A stretch of DNA of 62,214 bases, the filler included, from Candidatus Woesearchaeota archaeon (GTDB lineage Archaea > Nanobdellota > Nanobdellia > Woesearchaeales > GCA-2687795): NCBI GenBank assembly GCA_030753365.1. It is 5 parts of 5 records of this genome, joined end to end, with 100 filler letters (N's around TTAATTAATTAA, not from the genome) between each part and the next. Parts side by side here need not be neighbours in the genome. Positions count along the whole stretch, not along the records: positions 1 to 24,254 come from JASMCJ010000007.1; 4 more parts are not named here. One strand, written 5' to 3'. The stretch's first letter is position 1, and every line of letters starts with the position of its first letter. The notes below the pieces were generated by a model, which saw only the letters and a program-made list of their open reading frames with translations, was not told the origin of the DNA and did no database searches. This document shows positions 9,334 through 18,981 of this stretch, one piece after another. The translations under genes were made by a program, and so were the position numbers.

Positions 9334-10269
9334 TTAGATACCCTTAATCTGCATCCCCTTAAACTCCTTATTCAACATCATCTTTGCCTTCTTAGTAACA
9401 TCCCCTGTAGTCAAAAACAATGCAGGCAGCTTCTTAGACTGCGCCTGGATATAAACAGTAGATAAATCACCTTCATTAATCTTCTTCTTATTCTTTGCCT
9501 TGCAGAAATAAGCCAAATTTCCAACTGAACTTGAAAGCTCCACCAAAAACTCAATATCATTATTCTTTCTAATCACATTCTGGTTAACCACTTTAATATC
9601 ATTCTCTTTAAAAAACTCCAGCACATTCTTAAGAAACTCATCACTCTTCAGCTTAGAAACCTTCTTCTTTACAGACCTTTCCTTCATAACAGGATGAACA
9701 GCTTCTTTCTTACCAACAGAGTTGGTGCCGGATGTAGTCCGAGCATCATCAGGTTTTATCTCTTTCTTCTCCACTTCTTTTACAACATTTCTATTTTCTT
9801 TCGTTTCCTTAACCTTTTTTTCCTTCTTAACATTAAGCTCCTTCCTAATCAACTCTTCAACATCCTGATTAGAAAGCAAATACCATTTCCAGAAAGTTTC
9901 AATAACACCTTTATAATTCACATTCAAAGGCACAGCAAAATCCTTAATCTGCCTTAACGCAACCCTATCAATAGGCTCAAGCATGCTATCTCTCAACACT
10001 TTTTTTTCCTTCAGCAAATCATAGCTCTTCTTCTCCTTCTCATGTAGCTTATTAGAATATCCCTGCAGCTTCTCCTCCTGCCCCTTAACATAATACAAAG
10101 GGCTGCCGCCAATCTTAAGGTTAGAAATCTTAACCATATTCTCAGAAGCCAGCTCAGAAAGGACAGCTGCTGCCATAATAATACTAGTCTTCAGCTCTGA
10201 ACCAATCTGTACAGGAATCAACGGCCCATCCCTCTCCACAATCTTAAGAACATCATCTCTATTAAGCAT
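9334..10269 (-). CDS. Hypothetical protein (possible N-terminal wHTH, charged linker)
   Basis: 311-aa ORF co-oriented with neighbours; function not recognised. Confidence 0.75.
   Translation of the reverse strand: MLNRDDVLKIVERDGPLIPVQIGSELKTSIIMAAAVLSELASENMVKISNLKIGGSPLYYVKGQEEKLQGYSNKLHEKEKKSYDLLKEKKVLRDSMLEPIDRVALRQIKDFAVPLNVNYKGVIETFWKWYLLSNQDVEELIRKELNVKKEKKVKETKENRNVVKEVEKKEIKPDDARTTSGTNSVGKKEAVHPVMKERSVKKKVSKLKSDEFLKNVLEFFKENDIKVVNQNVIRKNNDIEFLVELSSSVGNLAYFCKAKNKKKINEGDLSTVYIQAQSKKLPALFLTTGDVTKKAKMMLNKEFKGMQIKGI
9713..9747. repeat. 35-bp double-hairpin palindrome inside a CDS, copy 1
   Basis: 34/35 identical to 24820-24854 (opposite strand); encodes DARTTSGTNSVG. Confidence 0.85.
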
Positions 10270-10321
10270 AATAAAAAGAAAAAGAATATTCGTTTAAATA
10301 AATTTATGTTTTACACAACAA

Positions 10322-10924
10322 TCAAGGCCTTAACCACCTAATCTCATAATAGGTAACATCCCCTTCATCATCAACAATCCCAATCAACAATCTCTTCTTA
10401 GTAGAATGTGCAACCCTATTCTTAGCGGCAAACTCATACCATGTAATAGTAGAACCTTCATGCACAGGATAAACCACCCATCTTGCATGATCCTCACCAG
10501 GCTTAACTCCTCTGTCATAAATCCTGAAATCTGCTCCAAACTTCAAAGCAGTCTTAATAATATATCCTCTATTCCTAATATCCTTAAACACGCAAAACCT
10601 TACCCATATATTAGGCTCAACCTTCTGCGCTTTCTTTAAGAACTTTTCAAACGTGATTTTATGATTCCTGCCATCTACAACCTTAAGTCTTCCCTTTTCC
10701 ATAAGATACAAAGCCTCAAGCAGTGATAACTGAACCTTACCATCTTCCACTACGCTTCCATACCTGCTTTGATTATAAAGTTCTCTTGCTTCATCAGAAT
10801 TCTCTGTCAAAACCCTCTCTCTTGAGAAAAATGCAGTAATTTCCTTCTTATTATCAGTATCCTCACTACCTTCATCCTTCAAAATACTGGTATCCTTCTT
10901 ACTTTTTGCCTTTTTCTTAGCCAT
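10322..10924 (-). CDS. endA: tRNA-intron (splicing) endonuclease
   Basis: LSLLEALYL, RGYIIKTALKFGADFRIY..H, RVAHSTKK; Tyr/His/Lys triad present. Confidence 0.95.
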   Translation of the reverse strand: MAKKKAKSKKDTSILKDEGSEDTDNKKEITAFFSRERVLTENSDEARELYNQSRYGSVVEDGKVQLSLLEALYLMEKGRLKVVDGRNHKITFEKFLKKAQKVEPNIWVRFCVFKDIRNRGYIIKTALKFGADFRIYDRGVKPGEDHARWVVYPVHEGSTITWYEFAAKNRVAHSTKKRLLIGIVDDEGDVTYYEIRWLRP

Positions 10925-11046
10925 ATACCTTTAAAAACACAAGGAGCTTATAAAATTTATTATTTAAGTAATCAAAAGCTTTAAATATCAGTAAACCAAA
11001 AATCCTACACATAGTTTATAATATAAGATACTATGGGTGACAATCT

Positions 11047-12483
11047 ATGTTGAAAAGGGGTATATTACTTGGAATAATGCTTATCTTAAGCTCTTTTTAC
11101 GTCTTAGGCTATGGTTTTGATGTATCTATTGAACCCATAAAAACATCTATTTTTATAACAGAAGGAGCTGAATACAAGCTCACAGTCAAGAGCAACCTTG
11201 ACTATGAAAACAGATACAGAATAGTTCTGCCTGACTTCTCTCTCTGGAGCGTGCAGACAAGCCCTCAATCTCACAGATTGTCAGGAATGTTAATCCCTGC
11301 TAATTCAGAAGTCTCAACCACTCTAAAAGTATATCCCACTGAAAAAGTTTGGCCTGGAAGATACCAAATAAAAATCATTGTTGACTCAGAAAAAACAGAC
11401 GAAGAAGTAAGAAAAGTCATTGACTTAAGCCTTCTCTCTGGTGAATACCATCAGGACGAGTTTAAGCCTGAAATTCTTATAACATTAGAATTGCCTAATG
11501 AAGGAAAACTAGATCCAAGACAAAGGCAGACCATTAAGGTAGGGGTTAAGAACAAGAATCTATTAAACATAGCAGATTTAAGCTTAAGCCTCAAGAGCGC
11601 GTTGATTGATGAACAGAAAACAGGCATAAGCCTAAAACCCTTAGAAAAAAAGATAGAAGAGTTTACATTTACGTTTGATTCAACTCAAGAGCCTCTTGAA
11701 GACTCCTTAATTACGACAGTAACAGTTCTTGACAAAACATTCACAGTAGTAAGCGATTATGATGTAATAGGCTTTACCGAATCATTCCAGAAAGAGGTAA
11801 AAACTGAAAAGGGACTACTCAAAACCAAGCAAATAATTACTCTAACAAACCCCAGCAATGTTCCTGCTGAAGAACTATACCAAATAAAAACAAACCCTTT
11901 CCAAAGATTATTTGCTTCCTCAAATCCAAGAGCCTCTGTCGTTAAAGATGATGCAATCTACTTAGAATGGAAAGTTAACATTCCTGCGCAGGATTCAGTT
12001 AAGCTTGAAGTAACCGTAAACTATCTTCCTTTGGTTTTGATTATTGCCATCATATTGATTGGCACACTCTCTTATTATATTTTCAGAAGCCCTCTTATTG
12101 TTATAAAAAGTGTAAGGGAAATAAAAAGAAAGCATGATGGAATCTCTGAATTAAGCCTAATGCTAACAGTAAAGAACAGAACCAAAAAGCCAGTTAATGG
12201 TATTAAGCTCATAGACAAAGTTCCAAACATTATCCAAGTAGAGAAAGAGTTCAAAATAGGCACACTTCATCCAAGCAAGATAACCACTCATGAAGGTAGG
12301 GGAACAATAGTCACATGGAATATAGAATCTTTAGAAGAAATGGAAGAAAGAATTGTTACTTACAGCATGAAATCCAAGCTAAGCATAGTAGGCAAATTTG
12401 CTCTTCCTCCTGCTTCAGTAAAATTCAAAGACAAAAGAGATAAGATTATAGTAGTGCATTCTAATGTTTTAAGTTTGAAATGA
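11047..12483 (+). CDS. Secreted/membrane-anchored beta-sandwich surface protein
   Basis: Signal peptide, beta-rich domains, internal TM helix. Confidence 0.65.
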   Translation: MLKRGILLGIMLILSSFYVLGYGFDVSIEPIKTSIFITEGAEYKLTVKSNLDYENRYRIVLPDFSLWSVQTSPQSHRLSGMLIPANSEVSTTLKVYPTEKVWPGRYQIKIIVDSEKTDEEVRKVIDLSLLSGEYHQDEFKPEILITLELPNEGKLDPRQRQTIKVGVKNKNLLNIADLSLSLKSALIDEQKTGISLKPLEKKIEEFTFTFDSTQEPLEDSLITTVTVLDKTFTVVSDYDVIGFTESFQKEVKTEKGLLKTKQIITLTNPSNVPAEELYQIKTNPFQRLFASSNPRASVVKDDAIYLEWKVNIPAQDSVKLEVTVNYLPLVLIIAIILIGTLSYYIFRSPLIVIKSVREIKRKHDGISELSLMLTVKNRTKKPVNGIKLIDKVPNIIQVEKEFKIGTLHPSKITTHEGRGTIVTWNIESLEEMEERIVTYSMKSKLSIVGKFALPPASVKFKDKRDKIIVVHSNVLSLK

Positions 12484-12516
12484 ATTTATAAATAAACTCA
12501 TATTCCCTTTTTCTTA

Positions 12517-13725
12517 ATGTTAGAACTACTCATAGCTGTACTGTTAGGGATTATGGCAGGAATAGTAACCGGCCTCATCCCCGGAATCCATATTAATCTT
12601 GTATCACTACTTCTCTTAAGCGCCTCTGCTTATTTTTTAAACATTACTTCTCCTTTAGTGTTGGCATGTTTTGTTATTGCCATGAGTGTTACACACACAT
12701 TCTTAGATTCTATTCCATCTATCTTCTTAGGAGCGCCTGACCCTGACATGGCGTTAAGTGTATTGCCAGGGCATAAGTTGTTGCTAGAAGGGAAAGGCTA
12801 TGAAGCAGTTAAATTAACTGTAATAGGCTCCTTGCTATGTTTGATATTGACCATATTGATAATTCCTTTTATGATACCATTTGTGCCTAAACTATATTCA
12901 TTCATCCAACCTTACATGGGACATATATTGATATTTGTAGTTGCTTATATGATCCTAAAAGAGTCTGGGCTTAATAAAAAGGTACTTGGTCTTTTCATAT
13001 TCACCTTCTCCGGAATTCTGGGCTTAATTGTGTTAAACACCCCTAACCTAAATCAACCCCTTCTTGCCATGCTATCTGGACTATTTGGTGTGAGCACACT
13101 GGTTACGTCTCTAAGTGATAACGTAGAAGTCCCCAAGCAAACAATAACAGACTCAATCAAAATACCAAAGTTAAACACCATAAAAGCCTTAGGGGCAGCA
13201 GTCTTCTCTGGAAGTTTGACAGGCATGATGCCAGGCCTTGGAGCAGCCCAGGCAGCAGTGCTAGGCATGCAAATAGTAGGCAACATTGGACCCTATGCAT
13301 TCATGATACTGATTGGAGGTATTAATACTGTTAATTTCTTATTTTCTTTGGTTACTTTGTATACACTCCAGAAAGCAAGAAACGGCGCAGTCGTAGCAGT
13401 CCTAGAAATCGTGAAAAGCATAGATTTAGTTGACTTGATAGTCTTAATTTGTTGTGCTGCTATAGCTGGTGGCATCGCAACCTTCCTTGCCATGTACATC
13501 ACAAAAGGCTTCTCAAACATCATCAGCAAAATCAATTACAAAGCAATCTGCATCTCAATAATAGTACTCATCTCCATATTGGTCTTAATCTTCAACGGCC
13601 CATTAGGCATCCTCATCCTGATAACCAGCACAGCATTGGGAATAATACCTCCTCAATTAGGTGTGAAAAGAAGTCTTAGTATGGGATGTCTGTTACTGCC
13701 TGTGATAATGTTCTTTATGCTTTAA
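12517..13725 (+). CDS. TctA/DUF112 family membrane protein
   Basis: TGLIPGIHIN, THTFLDSIPSIFLGAPD, LPGH motifs. Confidence 0.85.
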   Translation: MLELLIAVLLGIMAGIVTGLIPGIHINLVSLLLLSASAYFLNITSPLVLACFVIAMSVTHTFLDSIPSIFLGAPDPDMALSVLPGHKLLLEGKGYEAVKLTVIGSLLCLILTILIIPFMIPFVPKLYSFIQPYMGHILIFVVAYMILKESGLNKKVLGLFIFTFSGILGLIVLNTPNLNQPLLAMLSGLFGVSTLVTSLSDNVEVPKQTITDSIKIPKLNTIKALGAAVFSGSLTGMMPGLGAAQAAVLGMQIVGNIGPYAFMILIGGINTVNFLFSLVTLYTLQKARNGAVVAVLEIVKSIDLVDLIVLICCAAIAGGIATFLAMYITKGFSNIISKINYKAICISIIVLISILVLIFNGPLGILILITSTALGIIPPQLGVKRSLSMGCLLLPVIMFFML

Positions 13726-13769
13726 GAAATCATCCAGCACCATCCATCCAGTTCATCAAATGCTTCCCT

Positions 13770-13845
13770 ATTTGTTAGGGGTGGGACACGCTACTAAGCA
13801 GCGATAGTGGGGAGGCCCTAAGTATTTAGCGAAGCTAAATGCTTA
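13770..13845. repeat. G-rich repeat plus stop-codon hairpin, copy 2
   Basis: ATTTGTTAGGGGTGGGACAC...GCGATAGTGGGGAGG, then TAAGTATTTAGC-GAA-GCTAAATGCTTA. Confidence 0.8.
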
Positions 13846-14118
13846 ACCTATAGCCCGTCTAGCATCAACAACTTCAGCAGAATTCACTTCTTTAATCTTC
13901 TTAACTTTCTCTTCAAGAGCTTCTGTTGATCCAAGTGCTTCATCCATCACAAAGATTAAGTTCAAAGCCTTCAGTCCAAATGCTATCGGCTCAACTTCCA
14001 CTTTGCCAACCTCTCCGCCAAACTCAGAAATCTCCTTCTTAGCCTCTTCCTCAATCTTACCTAAATCAGCATCAGGACCAGAAGGCATAATCTTCATTGT
14101 AACAATTAAATCTGTCAT
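13843..14118 (-). CDS. ef1b: Translation elongation factor aEF-1 beta
   Basis: KIMPSGPDADL, EPIAFGLKAL. Confidence 0.95.
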   Translation of the reverse strand: MTDLIVTMKIMPSGPDADLGKIEEEAKKEISEFGGEVGKVEVEPIAFGLKALNLIFVMDEALGSTEALEEKVKKIKEVNSAEVVDARRAIG

Positions 14119-14178
14119 TTTATAATTAGATTTATCAGTCTATATATAAACATTTTCATAAAAAAAGAAAAAAAAAGA

Positions 14179-14580
14179 TTAAACCTTAACCACATAGGTC
14201 TTGGCAATCTTATCATGCAATCCCTGCTTTCTGACATCCCATCCAATCATAAAATACCCTATAAACAATATAAGGGTGGACAATATTTTGCCAATATACC
14301 TTAAAATAGCCATCGGAATGCCAATAAATTCACCTTTCTCATTAACAATCCTCATCCCTAAAATCAACTTTCCAGGAGTTCCTCCTTTAATACCATCCAA
14401 ATAAATCACTAAAACCGCCATAGCCAACGAAACAAGATAACTTAATGATCGCATACCAGTAAAATACACTAACACAAACTGTATAATCCCTGCCGGTATC
14501 CCAATTATCAAACTATCCAAAAACGCTGCCACAAACCTTATCCAAAACCCGCCATAAACTGGCTGTTTCATATTTATCAT
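14179..14580 (-). CDS. RDD family membrane protein
   Basis: GFWIRFVAAFLD, TPGK, QGLHDKIAKTYVV. Confidence 0.9.
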   Translation of the reverse strand: MINMKQPVYGGFWIRFVAAFLDSLIIGIPAGIIQFVLVYFTGMRSLSYLVSLAMAVLVIYLDGIKGGTPGKLILGMRIVNEKGEFIGIPMAILRYIGKILSTLILFIGYFMIGWDVRKQGLHDKIAKTYVVKV

Positions 14581-15587
14581 TTTTTACCTCCTTTTTTTAA
14601 TCTTTTAAAATCAACATACGAAAGAAACAAGAAAAGATATTCAAAAGTGAACACAAACGATTCCAGCATTAAAAAAAACAAAACAAGAACTAAATTAATA
14701 GCCACTTTAACCAAATTAGACTCAAAAAAGAGGCTTAAATAAGTATTATACAATGGTTGCCCCACAAAACTATTAATAAATATTGTAATTCCTACAATCA
14801 TAAAAAGTATAATCAAAACCTGCTTTAAATGCCCCTTTGTCATCTGAAAACTCTGCTTTATAGACCTCAAAGGTCCTTGTTCTTCAACAAACATTATTGG
14901 CGTTGCAAAAAACAACTTTAATGACATAAAAATTAAGTAACCAAAAAACAATATTATAAAAAGAAAAATCGATAATATCCCTAGGATTTCATTAACAAAA
15001 AAAAGCATTCCTCCAAGCCCTGCCAGAACCATTGCAGGTATAAATACAATAAAACCAATCAATACTCTCATTGAAAAAAACTTTAACATAAATCTATTAG
15101 TCATCCTCAGCAAATTATTACTCTTTTTCTTCTTTATAGCCAATGCAATCATCAAATAAGCCTTACTGGAAAAATAAAACGAACTAATCATACTCAATAA
15201 AACAAAAACAATCCCCATCACAACATTCTTAGCATTTAACAGTTCCTTATACCTGCTCCAGTCATATCCCTTTCCCTCTAGATATTCTTCAAAATCATCA
15301 TTATAAGTTGAACTTTCTGAATCTTTACCTAAATAATTTATTAATTCCTTACTATAATTATCTGTGCCAATATTTTCTTTACTTAACAAATAATCAGTTT
15401 TTTCCTTATCAAAGTCTTCATTAGCGGAAGCAAGCTCCCTCAACAAAGGGCTTACACCAGAAAGGCTAAAAAACAATGAAATCAAAATCAACGGAACAAC
15501 AATAGAAAACAACACTGGGACCATAATCTTCTTATGCTTCATTAACAGATTAAATCCATCTTCAAAATCTTTCTTAATATCTATCAT
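14577..15587 (-). CDS. Multi-pass membrane protein
   Basis: Several TM segments; SIKQSFQMTKG pattern. Confidence 0.7.
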   Translation of the reverse strand: MIDIKKDFEDGFNLLMKHKKIMVPVLFSIVVPLILISLFFSLSGVSPLLRELASANEDFDKEKTDYLLSKENIGTDNYSKELINYLGKDSESSTYNDDFEEYLEGKGYDWSRYKELLNAKNVVMGIVFVLLSMISSFYFSSKAYLMIALAIKKKKSNNLLRMTNRFMLKFFSMRVLIGFIVFIPAMVLAGLGGMLFFVNEILGILSIFLFIILFFGYLIFMSLKLFFATPIMFVEEQGPLRSIKQSFQMTKGHLKQVLIILFMIVGITIFINSFVGQPLYNTYLSLFFESNLVKVAINLVLVLFFLMLESFVFTFEYLFLFLSYVDFKRLKKGGKK

Positions 15588-15620
15588 TATCCTACTAAAT
15601 ACAAAGCTTCTATATAAACA

Positions 15621-16739
15621 TTATCCCCTCCCAAACACAGCCACACCAATCTCCAATTTCCCCAACCAAATCTTTCTTTCACTAATTACTTTAAACTTAT
15701 ACCTCTCAGCCTTCTCCTTCAACAACCCAACATCATTAGAAACCACCACAATCCTACCCTCCTTAGCCAAACAATAATTCGCCTGATAAAACAACTCCTG
15801 ATACAGCTTCAAAATCTCCTTCTTATTCCACTTATCAGAAATCACAGGAGGATAACAAACAATCCTATTAACTTCTCCTTTTTTAAAATGCGTATCAATC
15901 CATTCAACTCCTGCATTAGAAAACTCAACATCAACCCCTGCAATCTTAGCATTCTTCTTAGCAGACACTATATGAAAAGGCACGCCTTCATACCCAAAAA
16001 TCTTACCACTCTTCCTAACCTTCTTCTCAAAGAACTTCTTAAAATCCGTCTTCAAAAAAGGCTTCAGCTTCAAAAACCTAAACCTCTCCTTATTAAAATA
16101 ATTAACAGGAAACCCAGAAGCAAACAACGCAGCCTCAATCGGTATAACTCCAGTCTTGCAAAAAGGATCTAACAAAACATCCTTATTAAACCCGCTAAGC
16201 CTAACCAAAGCATAAGCTATAGTGCCCTTAATATCATTAGGATGGTTAAACACCTTATACTGTCTTTTACTTAAATCAAACCCTGCAAAATCAACCCCAA
16301 AATAAAAACTATTCTCAAATATATAAGCATAAAACACAACATCAGGCTTATCCAAACTAACCTTATTCTCCAAAGGCATAAGCTCTCCAATCTCCTTCTC
16401 AACATCCTGGCTGGAAAACTTATGCTTCCCAACCCTTCTGCACTCAACCATAAACTTACTACTTTTATCAAGCCATTCCCCATAATCAATCTTCTTAGAG
16501 CCAAACTTCTTCAGCAAATCCTTCTTATCCTTAAACTCAAAACTCTCCAACAAAAAAAGCACTCTTGAAACCGATTGCCCCTTATAACAAAGTGTGCACA
16601 AATCAAGAATTTTTTTAGGTTCAAACACCACAACCGATTCCTTCACACTACCCTCTACCTTAATCAGCTCCTTAATCTCTAAAGCAGTAATATCTTCAAT
16701 ACCCTTTGATGTAATAGCCAAAGCTTTCATAATAATCAT
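15621..16739 (-). CDS. THUMP-domain RNA methyltransferase (Trm14/RlmL-like)
   Basis: TSKGIEDITALE, DLSKRQYK, LLDPFCKTG, YPP. Confidence 0.8.
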   Translation of the reverse strand: MIIMKALAITSKGIEDITALEIKELIKVEGSVKESVVVFEPKKILDLCTLCYKGQSVSRVLFLLESFEFKDKKDLLKKFGSKKIDYGEWLDKSSKFMVECRRVGKHKFSSQDVEKEIGELMPLENKVSLDKPDVVFYAYIFENSFYFGVDFAGFDLSKRQYKVFNHPNDIKGTIAYALVRLSGFNKDVLLDPFCKTGVIPIEAALFASGFPVNYFNKERFRFLKLKPFLKTDFKKFFEKKVRKSGKIFGYEGVPFHIVSAKKNAKIAGVDVEFSNAGVEWIDTHFKKGEVNRIVCYPPVISDKWNKKEILKLYQELFYQANYCLAKEGRIVVVSNDVGLLKEKAERYKFKVISERKIWLGKLEIGVAVFGRG

Positions 16740-16836
16740 TAACTCTTTATCGTATATATATGGTTTTGGGTATTTTTATCACAAAATCCATAGAAACCTT
16801 TTTAAATACAATTCATATCCTCTATTATACCAGTGA

Positions 16837-16864
16837 CTGATGATAACCATTAACATGGTTTGAG
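16837..16864 (+). promoter_or_regulatory. Candidate kink-turn in the L7Ae leader
   Basis: CTGATGA-T-AACCAT-TAAC-ATGGTT-TGA, downstream of a TTTTTAAA box. Confidence 0.5.
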
Positions 16865-16912
16865 AGAGGTTTTTACTTCTCATATATATCTGCACTTAGG
16901 AGGAAAATTAAA

Positions 16913-17263
16913 ATGGCAATTAAAGAAATTCCAAAAGAACTTGTTGAACAGGTATACGAAGCTATCGAAGTAGCCAAAACAACCGGTAAAATCAGGAAAG
17001 GAACAAACGAAACAACCAAAGCAATCGAGAGAGGCATTGCTAAGCTAGTTGTAATCGCAAAAGATGTAACTCCACCTGAAATAACCATGCACATACCTTT
17101 ACTATCAGAAGAAAAGGAAGTACTATGTGTACAGGTCCCAAGCAAAGAAGAGCTTGGCGTATCAATCGGTATTAGCGTTGGCACAGCAAGCATAGCAATC
17201 GTTGAGCCTGGAGAAGCAAAAGATTTGCTTGAAGACATAACCAAAAAGATTAAAGCATTATAA
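16913..17263 (+). CDS. rpl7ae: Ribosomal protein L7Ae (eL8)
   Basis: [25 protein letters not shown]. Confidence 0.97.
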   Translation: MAIKEIPKELVEQVYEAIEVAKTTGKIRKGTNETTKAIERGIAKLVVIAKDVTPPEITMHIPLLSEEKEVLCVQVPSKEELGVSIGISVGTASIAIVEPGEAKDLLEDITKKIKAL

Positions 17264-17265
17264 AA

Positions 17266-17634
17266 ATGGCTAAAGAAAAAGAACCTGAGGCTAAAGAAAA
17301 GCATTCTAAAGAAGAAGCTCTTAAAGACAAGGCTCCTAAAGACAGGGTTCCTAAAGACAAAGGCACCAGGCCTCCTCAAAAAGAGGAAGCAAAAGGCAGC
17401 ATAAGATTCTCATACGCAGTGCCTGCCACCGTAGAAGAAATCATTGGCAGAACAGGCACAAGAGGAGAAGCAACTCAGGTAAGATGCAAAGTCTTAGACG
17501 GCCGTGACAAAAACAAAATCATAAGAAGAAATGTAAAAGGTCCCTTACAGGTAGGAGATACCTTAATGCTAAGAGAAACAGAAATTGAAGCAAGACCTTT
17601 AAACAGGACAGGTGGCAGAGGTAACACAAGATAA
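17266..17634 (+). CDS. rps28e: Ribosomal protein eS28 with N-terminal extension
   Basis: [31 protein letters not shown]. Confidence 0.95.
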   Translation: MAKEKEPEAKEKHSKEEALKDKAPKDRVPKDKGTRPPQKEEAKGSIRFSYAVPATVEEIIGRTGTRGEATQVRCKVLDGRDKNKIIRRNVKGPLQVGDTLMLRETEIEARPLNRTGGRGNTR

Positions 17635-17635
17635 A

Positions 17636-17818
17636 ATGGTTAAATGTTCATTCTGCAACAAAACTCTTGAAAAAGGCACAGGAAAACTCTATGTATATGC
17701 TACTGGCAAGACAGAAAATTTCTGTTCATCAAAATGCGAGAAAAACCTAATGAAACTAACCAGAAAACCTTCTAAATTTAAATGGGCAAGCAAAATAAAA
17801 ACAAAAAAGGATAAATAA
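17636..17818 (+). CDS. rpl24e: Ribosomal protein eL24
   Basis: CSFC..GTGK..FCSSKCEKN. Confidence 0.93.
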   Translation: MVKCSFCNKTLEKGTGKLYVYATGKTENFCSSKCEKNLMKLTRKPSKFKWASKIKTKKDK

Positions 17819-17819
17819 A

Positions 17820-18308
17820 ATGATAGAAAGAACATTAGTAATAATAAAGCCTGACGGAGTGCAAAGATCTCTTGCTGGAAGAATAATCTCCAGATTTGAA
17901 GATGCAGGATTAAAAATAGTTGGAATGAAAATGAATTGGATTGATGATGCTTTTGCCAAAGAACATTATAGTGACATAGGCGAGAGGTATGGTAAAAGGA
18001 TTTTAGAAAATCTGGTCAATTATATAAAAGAAGGCCCTGTTATCGCAATGATATTAGAAGGAGTAGATGCAGTTGAAAATGTAAGAAAAATAACAGGAAG
18101 CACCTATCCAAATGAAGCTCTGCCTGGAACAATCAGAGGCGACTTCAGCCACATATCAAAAAATTATGCTAACAAAAAAGAGAGAAAAGTAGGAAATCTT
18201 ATTCATGCTTCTGCAACAAGCAAAGAAGCCAAAGAAGAAATCAAGCTATGGTTCAGCATAGATGAACTACACAATTATAAAACAGTTCACGAGCAGCACA
18301 CGTTCTAA
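17820..18308 (+). CDS. ndk: Nucleoside diphosphate kinase
   Basis: ERTLVIIKPDGVQR, PGTIRGDF, NLIHAS. Confidence 0.97.
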   Translation: MIERTLVIIKPDGVQRSLAGRIISRFEDAGLKIVGMKMNWIDDAFAKEHYSDIGERYGKRILENLVNYIKEGPVIAMILEGVDAVENVRKITGSTYPNEALPGTIRGDFSHISKNYANKKERKVGNLIHASATSKEAKEEIKLWFSIDELHNYKTVHEQHTF

Positions 18309-18322
18309 AAAGGAGGAAACAA

Positions 18323-18976
18323 ATGAAAATAGCACTATTCGGAAGCCCTGGCGTTGGAAAAGGGACATATGCAGCTAAACTAGAAGCAATTTATCATATG
18401 CCTCATATCGCAACAGGTGACCTATTCAGAGCAGAAATCAAGCAGCAAACAGAGTTAGGCAAAAAAGCAAAAGAATACATAGACAAAGGCGCTCTTGTGC
18501 CTGACGAAATAACAACTGGCATGCTAAAAAACAGGTTAGATAAAGAAGACTGCCAAAACGGTTTTCTCCTTGACGGCTTCCCAAGAACAGTAAAACAGGC
18601 AGAAGCCCTTGAAGGAATAACAACCTTAGACGCTATAATCAATTATTTTGCTGATGATGAAGTCATAATCCAAAGATTATCTGGAAGAAGATTATGCAAA
18701 AAAGATGGTTCAATATACCATATAACAAATGTTCCACCAAAACAGGAAAACATCTGTGACAAATGCAGCGGAGAATTATACCAAAGAGACGATGACAAGC
18801 CTGAAGCAATCAAAGAAAGGTTAGAAGTATACAGCACCCAAACAAAGCCTGTTTTGGAATATTACCAAACCAAGGGCATAGTTCACAGAGTTGATGCTAA
18901 CACAAGCATATCTGAACCTAACAATCATATTATCGAAGACACACAAAAAATATTAGACAATCTTAAAGAGGAATAA
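18323..18976 (+). CDS. adk: Adenylate kinase (bacterial-type, LID domain)
   Basis: GSPGVGKGT, GFLLDGFPR, LYQRDDD. Confidence 0.95.
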   Translation: MKIALFGSPGVGKGTYAAKLEAIYHMPHIATGDLFRAEIKQQTELGKKAKEYIDKGALVPDEITTGMLKNRLDKEDCQNGFLLDGFPRTVKQAEALEGITTLDAIINYFADDEVIIQRLSGRRLCKKDGSIYHITNVPPKQENICDKCSGELYQRDDDKPEAIKERLEVYSTQTKPVLEYYQTKGIVHRVDANTSISEPNNHIIEDTQKILDNLKEE

Positions 18977-18981
18977 CTAAA

